A stretch of 64,000 nt of DNA from Minutocellus sp. GHC0000111 (Eukaryota), in contig OZ361260.1 of NCBI GenBank assembly GCA_977018835.1, forward strand, positions 2,914,001 to 2,978,000, in the 5' to 3' direction. Below, one piece after another: positions 12,490-23,700 of this stretch (the stretch's first letter is position 1; the number at the start of each line of letters is the position of its first letter). The translations under genes were made by a program, and so were the position numbers. The notes below the pieces were generated by a model, which was not told the DNA's origin, ran no database searches, and saw only the letters and a list, made by a program, of their open reading frames with translations.

Positions 12490-13415
12490 GATAATAGTGA
12501 GGCCTCCGATGCACAGGCGGTTCGTCGCAGCCAAGGCAATCGCATGTCGTCGCAGTCGTCCGACGATTCTCAGTTATCTGACAATTACGACAACGATGAT
12601 GATGAAGTTGGCCTTGGCACCGGTCTCAGGCCCGAATGGGGACCGACGGAACCTGAGGCGGATAAGTAGACTGAGCTCTTTCTTTCCGAGCTCGAACAGG
12701 CTCTTATCGGCCGCTTCGATACAACGGTCCGCAACAAGGCAACATCGGCCCATGATTCCACCATGAAATCCCATCTCAAGAATCTCCGCGCGGTTGACGA
12801 TATTGTTGTGGTCCCCACAGACAAGACCAACCGCTTCCTTTCCGTCCCCATAGACAAATACATTCAGCAGTGAACGACAAAATGCATTGCCGATGATGCA
12901 GAGGAGATACAGAAGGGCGACCTTGACGTTGTCAACACGTGCTTTGTTGGACCTCGGCGATTTTGAAATGATCCTCAGCTTAAAGGAGAAATCAAATCCT
13001 TCATTGTTGAGAAGATCAATTCTTGCGCCGTGCCGACATGCAGTATTTTGGTGAAGGATCATAAGAACGATGGTCAGGCGGACGCAAATGGGGATTACAT
13101 GTACCCCGTATGCTTTGTGGTGCCAGACTACAATGTCATGTCTAGCTTCGCCAATGTTGGATGCCGTTCTATCCAGCACATCTTCAGGAATGCAGGAGTG
13201 GAATCTTCCAATCATGCAATTATCAATGCAGAACGGTTAGGGTTAGGGTTAGGGTTAGTTTGGAAGACCTCTCAGAGAATATTCATCGTGATCACAGTAC
13301 CGTGGTATCTCTTGATGCAGTGAAGTTGTATCCATCGATCAAAATTGATACTGTCAATAGAGCTATCCACTATTTTGCACGAGATCTCCCCCATGATCAG
13401 TACAATTTGGTATAA
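12490..13415 (+). mobile_element. Degenerate Penelope-like retroelement fragment (N-terminal half of the RT)
   Basis: Motifs across stops and frameshifts: DIVVVPTDKTN (DKG-like motif, about 12811), PTCSILVKDHK, YPVCFVVP, VVSLDAVKLYPSI (RT motif A). Truncated before YxDD. Confidence 0.75.
13235..13258 (+). repeat. Interstitial telomere-type repeat (GGTTAG)x4
   Basis: Four perfect TTAGGG-phase units lying inside the RT fragment. Confidence 0.9.
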
Positions 13416-13929
13416 TGATAATGATGATGACAACGACAATGTTTTCGACGAAGTAGCGGGGCAATAGACGGGGCTCATCATGTACTATACTATATTTTAA
13501 ATTGATCTAGCTACGCCTAAAATGAAAAAATAGGATCTAGTCTTAACATTCATCGAAGTGTCGTCTTAAAGAGATACATGTAGCATGTGCATGTGTAGCT
13601 ACGAATAAGAAAGACGAGCAAAATTGTAGATTTTTCTACGGTGAATTGCCTCAACCTTTTGATCTTATCTCTTCAAGATAACAATTCGATAAACGTTTAC
13701 GTAGATTTTATTTATATGGATCTACATGTGTAGCTAGATCTACATGTAGACTACACGTAGATCTAGCTAAAATAGATTCCTTTCGATTCTGTAGAAAGCG
13801 GACAAAAACCATCGTCCGATCCTACCAAAATTTGTACCGGTCAAGTGCTGCATGTAGCAGTAGACTCTGACCACATGCATGATAATTTTCTACTTAGACG
13901 TTTATAAGATCGACATAATCAGGCAGGCA

Positions 13930-14025
13930 ATGAGAAGCGGAGAAAGTAGGACAAGCAAAGCCAGCCGCAAATAATTACCAGTAGATCTACTCATAGCGCC
14001 GTTCAGGTCCACTCCTAAAACCTCT
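13930..14025 (+). repeat. Dispersed repeat of about 85-95 bp, copy 1 (copy 2 at 27384-27467)
   Basis: ATGAGAAGCG.AGAAAGTAGGACAA.CAAAGCCAGCCGCAAATAATTA...CTCATAGCGCCGTTCAGGTCCAC is shared; copy 1 has a 12-bp insertion. Confidence 0.9.
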
Positions 14026-14632
14026 GACTATACAAGCAATTCGTCTACATGTACCGGTAATTGTGCACTCTTTTCGGTAACCTCCTACCGGTACTTGTAC
14101 CATGATACATTTCAATTACCGGTACCATGGTAGAGAAGCAAAAGAAATAGCCCATGACGTGAATTCGTTTTGCCCTTAGATCTAAATGTACCGGTATTTT
14201 ACAAATGTAGGTCGCTACCATTCACAACATCCCGAAGTCCAAGAGTTGCATGTATCGGGTCCCATCGCACATGCGGTCAGGTCGGTCAATTACAGGTAGA
14301 GTATATCTGCAAGATGAGGATAAGGGTAAAGATAAGAATGATTACAAACATACACTTTGTCGCGAAGAAGGGCTTAACTGCTGCAATTGACTCTCTCAAT
14401 GCTCCTTTGGACCGACCTCATCGAATGTACTTGAAGTCGACTGATTGATCGAAGGATTGATGTTGTAAGGATTTTATCTCTATTGAAACCGGGTATCGAG
14501 TTATCGATGATGTGCACAGCAGTCAGTTCTCTATGAATCTTTAGTATGTACAAATATACTTGTGCGGAAAATAATTTCCACGCAATCCGTTTGCTCTACT
14601 CTAAATAAATACAGTTGCCAAATTAGCTAGCT

Positions 14633-15654
14633 CTAGTCTGTCCTCTTCCCTTTAGCCTTCTTATCTTTCAACCACAAACTTATTCTTCTTTCGAACGAGC
14701 CAACAACAGCGGCACCCACTGCCGCTGGTATCAAGAGAAAAATTGTAGACAATTGACCTGATTCTGGAAGCAGATTGTTCGATGTCCAGCCCATGATATT
14801 GGCAGAAGGAAAAAGGGAACTCGTTCCAAGTGACATATCTCTCCACAAAGCCCCATTCGTAACTGTGTATATGTCATATAGATACAAGTAGTGAGAAATT
14901 TTCAAAGAAAAAGTGAATATTTGTGCGTTTGCTCAGGACTGCATGCAAGTGGCCTCGGTCCTTATTCTGTTGGCCAAAATACAAACATGCGGTAAAAATC
15001 ACACGTCGTTTCTCGTCACGTCAACTCACCTCCAAGTACTAAACCAACAGCCACCTGCTCCACGGTGTGAAGAGAACTTTTGACTCGATAGTACAAGCTC
15101 AGGGCAACATATGGGACGATCAAAGCTATAAGCCAAGGCATAGTCTCTGCCACTCCGAGTGCAGTATAAGTTCCAATGAATCCCAGGCTCATCGCGTGAG
15201 AAGAGGGCATACCGCCGTCACTTGGCTTCAGCTTGATATGGTCTGAGAGGTCGAGTGCTTCGGGGCGGTCGTGATTGAGGATCTTCTTCAAAATCTTGGA
15301 CAGGATGCCGTTCGATATCGCCCCTATAAAGAATGATATCATGTATGCATCACGTCTGATTGCGAGGAAGGCAAAGAAAGTCAACGAAACGAACGATGAC
15401 GTGGACTTGCCGAGCAACGAAATGGCAGGGTTAATTTGCGGCTGGGGTCTCTCGCTGAAATCAACAGAATCGTGTTCACCACCCATTTCAAAACGCGCCA
15501 TTACTGTGGTACACCTTGGACGATAAGATGCGTGAGACTGCTGTGTCCGATGATGGTGACAAGGTTTTGTCGCCGTCGGTGAGAATGCAGAGCAGAGGAG
15601 AAGGACGGTGCTTAGGCAAGCAACGCAGACAGAAAGCCGAGGTAAAGGTGCCAT
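14633..15654 (-). CDS. PAP2-family lipid phosphate phosphatase, plastid-targeted; exons 15654-15030 and 14862-14633
   Basis: Signal peptide with CSAF. Motifs KKILNHDRP, GMPSSHA, YRVKSSLHTVEQVAVG. Phase-1 GT-AG intron 15029-14863. Confidence 0.85.
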
Positions 15655-16057
15655 TTTTTGGCTCCGTAAGTACAGAGTGCAAGGGAAGGAGGGATCTTGG
15701 GTTGCTGAGCGCAATCCGGTACCCTATCTGGTGCGGCTTGACCTCTTACGTGTAGCTAGAGTATTATCCTTGCTTGTTATGTTGCGTGCTTGTGGTGAAA
15801 GCAATACGCAAGAGGTCTGCTCGCTCACGTCATCGTCGCGTCAGTGCAGCAGCTAGCTGCGTGCCGCGCGCATTTGCGGGCTTCTGGCAAGGCACGACAC
15901 CATACCACCTACATGTAGGCCTACGGTACCTCTTGATGCCGGTGAAGATCATCTTGAGCCGAATAATTGAAGTCATAGCCTTCAGGGTGCCAGTAGATTC
16001 GATCGATATTATATTAGATGAGAATAATGAAAGAGTCGAGTCTAATAGACCTCTAGC

Positions 16058-16083
16058 TAGATCTAGATCTAGATCTAGATCTA
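16058..16083. repeat. Palindromic tandem repeat (TAGATC)x4 TA
   Basis: Read directly from the sequence. Confidence 0.9.
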
Positions 16084-16350
16084 CTTTACATGTAGATCTA
16101 CAGAGTTCAGTTCGTCTGTGCAAAATATAAGTTGGGAGATCGAGAATGAACAGAAAGAATCGGACCGCTAGAGACCTGGCCAATTTCCATGGATCCACCC
16201 TGTATGCTTCGTCGTGCCAAGTTCCCTGCCGCCGCGTCTCCTCTCGAATTATTTCCATCATCTGACCACATGCCAAACAGTAATCTTTACACGATGGTTG
16301 TGCCTATCATTTCGCACAAATTGCACATACCAAGCAGTCCTAACTCAATC

Positions 16351-16950
16351 CTACAGCCACATCCACCCACGGCTCCCGTAAGGAATTCCAGCGATACCGT
16401 AAAGAGCATATGTCGCCCCAACAGCACCCAAACCGATGGTTCCAGCAAGAGCCGCTACCCTCGGCCCAGCGGTCGCCTTGTACGAAATACCCGTCATTAG
16501 CGCCGCGAAGGCCGGACTGGCCGGAACCTCCCCGACCACCGGTCTTGTGTACTGGTCCAAATCGTAGTGGTCGGCCAGACCCTCGTACAGGCTGTACATG
16601 ATGCTGGCCACGCCGAGGACGTTGCCTGCCCGACTCCCGTGCCGGCCGCAGTGGTTCAGGACGGAATTGAGCTTCACCTTGAACCGGCTGGAGGGGGTGT
16701 GGAGCAATCCCTCCCGCAGGCCGTAGACGCCTCCGGCGACAATGCCCAGGAGGTACGAAACTCCCGTGTTGGCGAACATGGTCACGACCACTCCCCGTCC
16801 CTTGGTATCGTAGTCGAGGTAGTCGGGCTGTTGTTGTGTTGGAACTCCGAGGGCAGGCGCCACCGTGGTCAGCTTGATGCTGGAGGCATCGAACGACGGG
16901 AGCGGTGCGCCCGCGTCTGTGTCATCGTATGGTCTTTCTACTCCGGACAT
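16351..16950 (-). CDS. TIM23: Mitochondrial inner-membrane translocase subunit, Tim17/22/23 family (Tim23-like)
   Basis: NTGVSYLLGIVAGGVYGLREGL...KVKLNSVLNHCGRHGSRAGNVLGV...YKATAGPR; acidic N-terminal tail. Confidence 0.85.
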   Translation of the reverse strand: MSGVERPYDDTDAGAPLPSFDASSIKLTTVAPALGVPTQQQPDYLDYDTKGRGVVVTMFANTGVSYLLGIVAGGVYGLREGLLHTPSSRFKVKLNSVLNHCGRHGSRAGNVLGVASIMYSLYEGLADHYDLDQYTRPVVGEVPASPAFAALMTGISYKATAGPRVAALAGTIGLGAVGATYALYGIAGIPYGSRGWMWL

Positions 16951-17268
16951 TGCTTGCTCTTCCTTTGTACTATTGACTTCTGCGTCTATCCTGCCGATAA
17001 ATGCGGGAGAAAAAGAGTGGGGACGGGAGAGGTCTGGCGGTCTGTCGATGGCGGGTGGAAAAGGGCAGACGGACGGACAGACGAATATTTGATTAAGCAA
17101 GAAAGGGGCAAAACTCAGGAAGCCCCCATAAAGGGCTTAATTGAAAGTCTTTCATGTGTGTCCTCAAAATCCACTTTTCATCCGATGCCAATCAAAATAG
17201 GATCAAAGTCCCAAAGTACGATCGTGTTATTACCGTATTATTATTATTATTACGAAGCCTCAAGCAAA

Positions 17269-19227
17269 ATGGCTAAGCCCAGTGAAAGCATAATCACCGG
17301 TAACGGCGGCGATGGCAATGTCATTATTCTGTCTCGTCCATCACGGTCTTCTGGCGGCGGCGGTCGGCGCGGACGTCGAGGCAAGGCGCTTGCCGAAATG
17401 CCCTCGACATCAACCTCCTCGACTTCATCCATTGACATCTCGGCTCCTGCCGCCACCGGTATTGTTGCGGGTGAGGAGCATATTGAAGAGAAGAGCAACA
17501 CAGTCCCAGATGCTTCCCGTAGTTTGGATACTCTCGAGACTAGCGAGTCGTCTTCCGCATCCGCGACTGCCGTGCATGAATCTGCCGATGACATTCTCCT
17601 TGGCGCACCGTCAACAACATCTGCTGAGGCCGCTTTCGCTTCTTCCTCCGCACCTGAAACTTCCCTGTCCGAACCTGCAGTGACAATCTTCTCTGCGCCT
17701 GCCACCCGGCCCGGCCGATGGAGAAGGCAGCATCAACAGCCGCGTCGGTCGTCCCTTCACAAGATGCCCGCGTCAAGAAAAAAGACTGTGTCGTTCCAGA
17801 CTGACGAGGACGGAGGGTGCTTGTGCAGCTTTCGCGAAATTGATGCAGTATCAGACATGTCGCCTAAAGAGATTGCCATGGTGTGGTATTCTGAGGATGA
17901 CCTTGACGACATGCAAGAAGATGTTGCCGACGTTCTCGAAATTATTGCTGGCAATGCCACCACTCGTAGAAGTGCTCGTAGCGATGATGAAGGCGGTGAC
18001 GACGTTGCAGTTGACGATGATGACAATTATCCCGACACCCGTGGTTTGGAGGGAATGCGCACTGCAATGGAACGACAGGATCTCCAAGCCGCTCGGGAGC
18101 TTAATTGGGATGCCGTGCTGGATGAGCAGGATCGCCAGTGGGACGTGATAGATGCCAGCGGTGGAGTGGACGAGTGGGGCGAAACTTTCAATGGGTGTCA
18201 GCTGATGGACCCCGAGAAAATGGGCGATATTGCCAGAAAAAGTTCGCAGAAGTGCGTCAAGATCGCCCAGGAACTCGGAAAGGCCGATGCCGAATATGTT
18301 CGAGCCATGGTGAAGCTTGAAGCTGAGGCGAGAGAGGCACCCAAATTTGCAGGTAATGAGAAGCCGGTCGAATTGTGTCCCCCGCCGCTTCCAGGACCAC
18401 CTTCAAATCGTCTTGCATCTCGCAGCGTTAGCTCAGGTGAGGGCGGTATAGGTCAGGTAGGCCTGGGTGCCGCTGGTAAGAGGGAAGGAGGCATTCGAAC
18501 TGGTGCAGCTGGAGCTGCTCTTCGGCAGCAACGTAGAACGAGACAATCGTTTAATGCCCAACCTGGTCTTCCTTCGAGGCCTTTTAATCAGCCCTTACGT
18601 CGTGTTCGAAGTGGCGGTGATGTTCCTGATTCATTGAGTAACATGGTGGACGCTCTTGATAGCCATAGTAACGACAGTGACGATCCTAGAATTGTTAGTG
18701 ACGGCGCCTCCCGATCGCATCCAAATAATTACACTGGCTCAAGGGCTGAGAATACATCTGAAAAGTCGACGATTAACAGCAAGACGAGGAATCAACGGAA
18801 CAACGCACTGCAGGGTCTCCGTTCTGCACGACAAATGGAACGAATTGGTGAGTCGCGCCGCGTACTGGCCAAGGGCGGATCCTTTCGCGTGGCGGCTCCT
18901 ACTTCTGGAGATGCAAGCCCACGCCGCATATCCAGCAAAACTTCCACTCAGACCAAGCAGGCGTCGATGGATGCCGCCGCCACCAACAAGCGGAAGGTCC
19001 GCAAGGGTAGGCTCCGCAAGCCCAAGTCCAGAGCTGAAAACATCAAGAAGCTCCTTAGTTCTTCCAGCGGTGATGCTAATAGGAATGCAAAGGACACTGT
19101 GCCTACGAGCTCGCAAACTTCTACTAGCAAGGGCATGACACATCTGTTGAAGGGGGAAAACAAAAAGACACAAGCCAATTCAAGCAAACACCATGGTGCA
19201 TATGATTTTGCTCCCTTGGCAGCTTAG
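17269..19227 (+). CDS. Hypothetical protein with a diatom-common KKxVSF...WYSxDD...TRGLE...VLDEQDRQW domain
   Basis: ATG (MAKPSES) at 17269, open to 19227. The upstream part of the listed ORF is antisense to TIM23. Confidence 0.7.
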   Translation: MAKPSESIITGNGGDGNVIILSRPSRSSGGGGRRGRRGKALAEMPSTSTSSTSSIDISAPAATGIVAGEEHIEEKSNTVPDASRSLDTLETSESSSASATAVHESADDILLGAPSTTSAEAAFASSSAPETSLSEPAVTIFSAPATRPGRWRRQHQQPRRSSLHKMPASRKKTVSFQTDEDGGCLCSFREIDAVSDMSPKEIAMVWYSEDDLDDMQEDVADVLEIIAGNATTRRSARSDDEGGDDVAVDDDDNYPDTRGLEGMRTAMERQDLQAARELNWDAVLDEQDRQWDVIDASGGVDEWGETFNGCQLMDPEKMGDIARKSSQKCVKIAQELGKADAEYVRAMVKLEAEAREAPKFAGNEKPVELCPPPLPGPPSNRLASRSVSSGEGGIGQVGLGAAGKREGGIRTGAAGAALRQQRRTRQSFNAQPGLPSRPFNQPLRRVRSGGDVPDSLSNMVDALDSHSNDSDDPRIVSDGASRSHPNNYTGSRAENTSEKSTINSKTRNQRNNALQGLRSARQMERIGESRRVLAKGGSFRVAAPTSGDASPRRISSKTSTQTKQASMDAAATNKRKVRKGRLRKPKSRAENIKKLLSSSSGDANRNAKDTVPTSSQTSTSKGMTHLLKGENKKTQANSSKHHGAYDFAPLAA

Positions 19228-19284
19228 GTATATCTAGTACTTCTGTTCCCACATAGAGTTACATTTACTTACACAAAGAATTTA

Positions 19285-20379
19285 TTAGTACGCGCCACCC
19301 TTGACCAAATAATCGACCAAATCTGCAAACGGGCCCAGCATCTCGCCGACAGTTCTTTCATATTTTAACATCATCTCCGGTGTGTAGTATTCCCCAGATT
19401 CTCCACTCTTGCCCTTGCTAAGATGTCGTTCCGTTGTGAAGAATTTGGGTCGTCCTGGTCGCCCGTGAAGATCGCTGTAAATACCAGGTACTTCCTTTTC
19501 TCTTCGTTTCATGTGTGCAAAGGTCGACTTCTCCACTGTTGCATCTATCAAATCCGGCGTCACGTCTGGTATGTCCAGGAATCGAGCGATCCTCTCCACC
19601 TGTCCCCGGTGATCCGTCTTCAGATCGACAAAGTTGACAAAGAGTACGTTGGGCTCGTGCCGTACTTGCCACCATGCAACTGCTGGCATGAAGACAAATT
19701 CCTTGTGACCTAAAACAAAGTCCAGGGCGGCCTCCTTGTTCGGAAGCCGCGGTGGGAATCCGCCCCACTGGCGACGAAATTCCGCCGTGTGCATGTTGAG
19801 GAATGAATGCGCACTCTGGATGATCTCCAATGGATTGCGCATCGCCACGACGTATCTCACCTTGGGATGCAGCGTAACATTCAGCCCGTACACCTGATCC
19901 GCCGGGCTCAGATGCGAAAAGTGCGTCAGAGTTTTGTCCCTCCTCACCGACCGCTTTGCTTCCCTCTCTCGCATCGATTGGACGGCACTGACCCGCTCCT
20001 CGACGGTATTCTCGGGATAAAGCATAAATTCCGCGCTGCCTACGTGGTCCATCAGTCGGTCCGAAAATGTGTCGTCCCCACCATTCTTGAGCAGATGGAT
20101 GATGTTGTGAAGCCACACCGTACCCGCCTTGGGCAGGCTTCCGAGAAATGTGTCTCCGTCGTGGACCAAACGATCAAAGTAGGGCTGTTCCATCGGCGCT
20201 GGATCGAAGTAGGGCGGCATCCGATGTCCCGTAGCAGCCCAAAAGATGAACCCAATGTGAGGTATGCGAAAGAAGAGCGTTGGTTGGTACTTTGAGATCG
20301 TACCAATGATGATGGAGAGAATCAGAACAAGCGTGGCAGTCGCTTTCGCAGGGGAGGCGATGCGTGCCCGAGTCGCCAT
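19285..20379 (-). CDS. Sulfotransferase with an N-terminal membrane anchor or signal
   Basis: 5'-PSB loop PKAGTVWL, 3'-PB RNPLEIIQS, VLFVNFVDLK, STFAHMK, C-terminal KGKSG. Confidence 0.85.
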   Translation of the reverse strand: MATRARIASPAKATATLVLILSIIIGTISKYQPTLFFRIPHIGFIFWAATGHRMPPYFDPAPMEQPYFDRLVHDGDTFLGSLPKAGTVWLHNIIHLLKNGGDDTFSDRLMDHVGSAEFMLYPENTVEERVSAVQSMREREAKRSVRRDKTLTHFSHLSPADQVYGLNVTLHPKVRYVVAMRNPLEIIQSAHSFLNMHTAEFRRQWGGFPPRLPNKEAALDFVLGHKEFVFMPAVAWWQVRHEPNVLFVNFVDLKTDHRGQVERIARFLDIPDVTPDLIDATVEKSTFAHMKRREKEVPGIYSDLHGRPGRPKFFTTERHLSKGKSGESGEYYTPEMMLKYERTVGEMLGPFADLVDYLVKGGAY

Positions 20380-20754
20380 CGTTACGCACGTTTTCGTTAC
20401 CCTATCTACTCGGTACCTCGGTAGCCATCGAGTACTACGTAGTAGATAGATAGAGAGTGCTACTAGTACGTGGTTGGACCCTTGATTCTGCAATCGAATC
20501 TGCACTAATCGGTCATGCCAGAGTATCGGACTCATAACCCATCGAGCCAAACGGCCTCATTTCGTGCCGATTATCCCTGGAGGAAAAGGAAAAGGACATC
20601 CCACTCAACTCATCTTTGGGCATCGCTCTCGTGCTTTGTTGAACGAAACGTTTCGAAAAAGTGGCACGTCCTTGCGGCCAGTTAAGCCAAACGAAGTCAG
20701 GTCAGGTCACACACACGTTGCATAAGTACTTATTCCATCAACCACAACGCAACC

Positions 20755-23700
20755 ATGTCCTCCCTCCAAGCTGCCGCTTCCGGTAGCGGTGATGGTGGTG
20801 GACGCGGAGGAGGAGGACGCGGTGGCTACGGCGGCCGATCGGGCCGGGGAGGCGGTGGTGGCCGGGGCCGAGGAGGCGGCAGGGGACGTGGCGGCTACGG
20901 TGGCGGCCGAGGAGGCTACAACCCCAATGCCAGCAATGCGGGACCGCCGCATGCGCATGGTGGGCCGGGTGGACCGTCGTCGTCCCTCCAGGCGGCCGCG
21001 GCCAGTATGCCGCCCCCGGGCCCTCCCGGTTCTGGAATTCCGCCGCCCCAGCAGATCGGACCCGGCGGACAGCCGATGCAGACCATCCACGTTGCTCTGC
21101 CCCAGAACGCCGTGCCGAACCAGCCCCTGCTCATTCAGGTTCCCCCCCACGGCATGCCCGTCAACGTCATGGTCCCCCCGCACGGACGGCCGGGGATGGT
21201 CATCCCCTTCATGGTGCCCGTCGGTCCTATGCCCCCGCCGGGTGCCGGTCCGATGCCCCCCCCGCAGCAGCAGCAGCAGCAGCAGCCCCCCGGTGGCATG
21301 CCCCCCCAGATGATGATGGGAGGAATGAGACCGATGCAGCCTGGTATTCCCGGAGTTGGCGTCCCCCCACCAGGAGGACCTGGCAGGTACGGCGGTCCCG
21401 CTGGTGGAGCTGGCGCGGCTGCGGCTGCCGTCAAGCCCAGGGAGAAGAAGGTGCTCAAGATCACCGTAAGTTCGTCCAGATGGTCGCCGTCAAGGGATTG
21501 TATCTTCTCTCTTTAGTTAGCTGCTACGTCACTCTTTCATGATCATTCTGTTGAGCGCCGTCAGTCAATTGTTTGCTGCTTGATATACTTTGTATATATT
21601 GTCCATCCTGAATTCGTTGCGGTACTCATATCATTTATTACTAACAATCTTCCTTCGTACGGTCTACAAATTTATTTCATTCAACAAATCATATGGCCAA
21701 CTCAATGAATTGATTATCACCAGGACAAGGACGGCAATGTTATTGATCTCGGTTCCGCTGCCAAGAAGTCATCGCCGGCAGCCTCTTCTGCCCCCTCCCC
21801 GTCGACCGTGCCGGTTAAATCTGGTGACGGTGCCACTGCTACTGCTCCCACCAGTACTAGTACTCTTGCCGCGGCAGCGGCTGCCACATCCTCCTCCTCC
21901 ACCACCGCGGATGCTTCGTCTGGCACCGAGAAGGAGGCCGAGCGCAAGGCAGCTGCTGGACTGTCGCTCCTCGAAGCGGCAAAGCGCTCCATCGCCGAGG
22001 GTGGCGCCGCCGCCGTCCGGAAGAAGGACGAAGAGGAGGCCGCCCGCAAGGCTGCCGAGGAGAAGGCCCGTGCTGAGGCCGAGGCGAAGCGCCTTGCCGA
22101 AGAGCAGAAGAGGAAGGAGATCGAAGAGAAGGCACGCGCCGAGGCCGAAGAGCGGGCCAAGCAGGAGGCGGCTCGAGCTCGGAAGGAAATCGAGGAACGT
22201 GCCCGCGCCGAAGCCGCCGAGCGCAAGGCCGCTGAGGAACGCAGGCAGGAAGAGCGTAAGGCAGCCATGGAGGCCAGGAAGTCTGGTGGTGGAGGCGGAT
22301 CGCTCAGTAGTTTGGCTAGCCGTCTCGATGCGAAGGAGAAGGCCGCTTCCAAGGAGAAGGAGGCTGACGAGAAAGATACCAGTAGTGGGACCAAGACGCC
22401 GCCTCCTCCCTCGTCCGAGATGCCCGCTGTCCCCGAGGAAAGTGGTACGAAACCTTCTGAAACCCCAGCCCCTGCAGCTGGTGCCGCGGCTGGTGCTAGC
22501 ACTCCCTCTTCGACTCCTCTTCGTCCCGGTGGATTGCGACCCGGTATGGGAACTCCAGGTGGAAGTCTCCGTCCCGGAGCGTCCCCAATGGGCCTCAGAC
22601 CTAGTGGGCTACGTCCCGGAGTGGCCACACCCAGTGCCAGTGCCGCCGCCGATGGCGAAGAACGGGCGACCAAGAAGAGGAGAATCGTCTGGTCCAAGGC
22701 AGAACTGCTTGGATTCCGTGATCTCGACGTCTGCTGCCGTCGTCCGGACGACCTCCCCGATCAGACTATCCAACGCGGTCCTTCCGGCGGAGGAGGTGGA
22801 GGCCGCGGCCGAGGTGGTGGCGGTGGATGGCAACGTGGTAACGCACCCCCTCCTGGTCGTGGTAACCAGGGAGGCAACCGTCGTCAGTCTGCCGGCAAGG
22901 GAGATAGCGAGTGGTCCAGAGGACAGGCGCCTCCTAGGCCGACGCCCAATCAGCGTGGAGGCAGAGGCCGCCGTGGCAAGAACGAACCTGACCCGAACTT
23001 CCTTGACGATGGCACTCCCGTCGCGCCTCTTCAGCGCACCCAGAATAGGTGGGTGCCTGTGAAGTCCAATTCGATGATGGTTGTTACGGAGAAGAAGATC
23101 AAGGGCATCCTGAACAAGATGACCAAGGAGAAATTCGACAAGCTCTCTGCTCAGATGTGTGAGGTACCTATTCTCAGTTACGAGATACTGGCAATGATTA
23201 TCAAGCACGTATACGAGAAGGCCATCTTCGAGCCATCCTTTGGCGACATGTACTCTGAGCTTTGTCTTCGTCTTAGCCAGACTGCCAAGAGGGCTGACTT
23301 TGTCAAGATCATTGAAAGTGATGAAGAACCTCCCACGGAAGATGGTACCGAGGGCGATGGCACATCGTCGTCGGAGAATTTGGTCTATAGGTGGTCCAAT
23401 GATGTCGATACCAACGACGATGAGGTCGTCGGTCCCTTCGACACGCCCGAGGAATGTATTGAAGCTGCTCTGGATCCGGACAATTGTCCTGATCCTGTCA
23501 AAAGAGGAGACCAAGAGCTCGTCTTGCACAACGTCAAGATCCGCCGAGGTACTTTCATCAAGACTTTGCGCACCAAGGAAGGTCCTCAGGGAAATAAGTA
23601 TTACGCTGTCTTTTTCTCCAAAGACCAGGCTGAGGAGATTGGGCAACAGATGTCCAATATCTTCCTCAGCGAGCGTGAGGCTATTAACGATGGTGTCAAG

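Noticed and set aside
12574..13215. 213-aa minus-strand ORF
   Set aside because: Antisense to the RT relic, whose motifs are on the plus strand.
13235..13258. True chromosome end
   Set aside because: Only four units, with RT-like sequence continuing on both sides.
14335..14450. Possible C/D-box snoRNA (ATGATTA...CTGA)
   Set aside because: Imperfect C box, and I cannot verify any rRNA-complementary guide.
15830..16276. 148-aa ORF with a DLDLDL run
   Set aside because: The run is just the (TAGATC)n repeat; no other coding support.
16567..17268. N-terminal 234 aa of the 886-aa ORF
   Set aside because: Antisense to TIM23 and spans the intergenic gap; the real start is most likely the ATG at 17269.
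21590..23062. 490-aa Arg/Pro-rich ORF and the antisense ORFs 21717-22697 and 22609-23799
   Set aside because: Shadow frames of GC-rich eIF4G exon 2.
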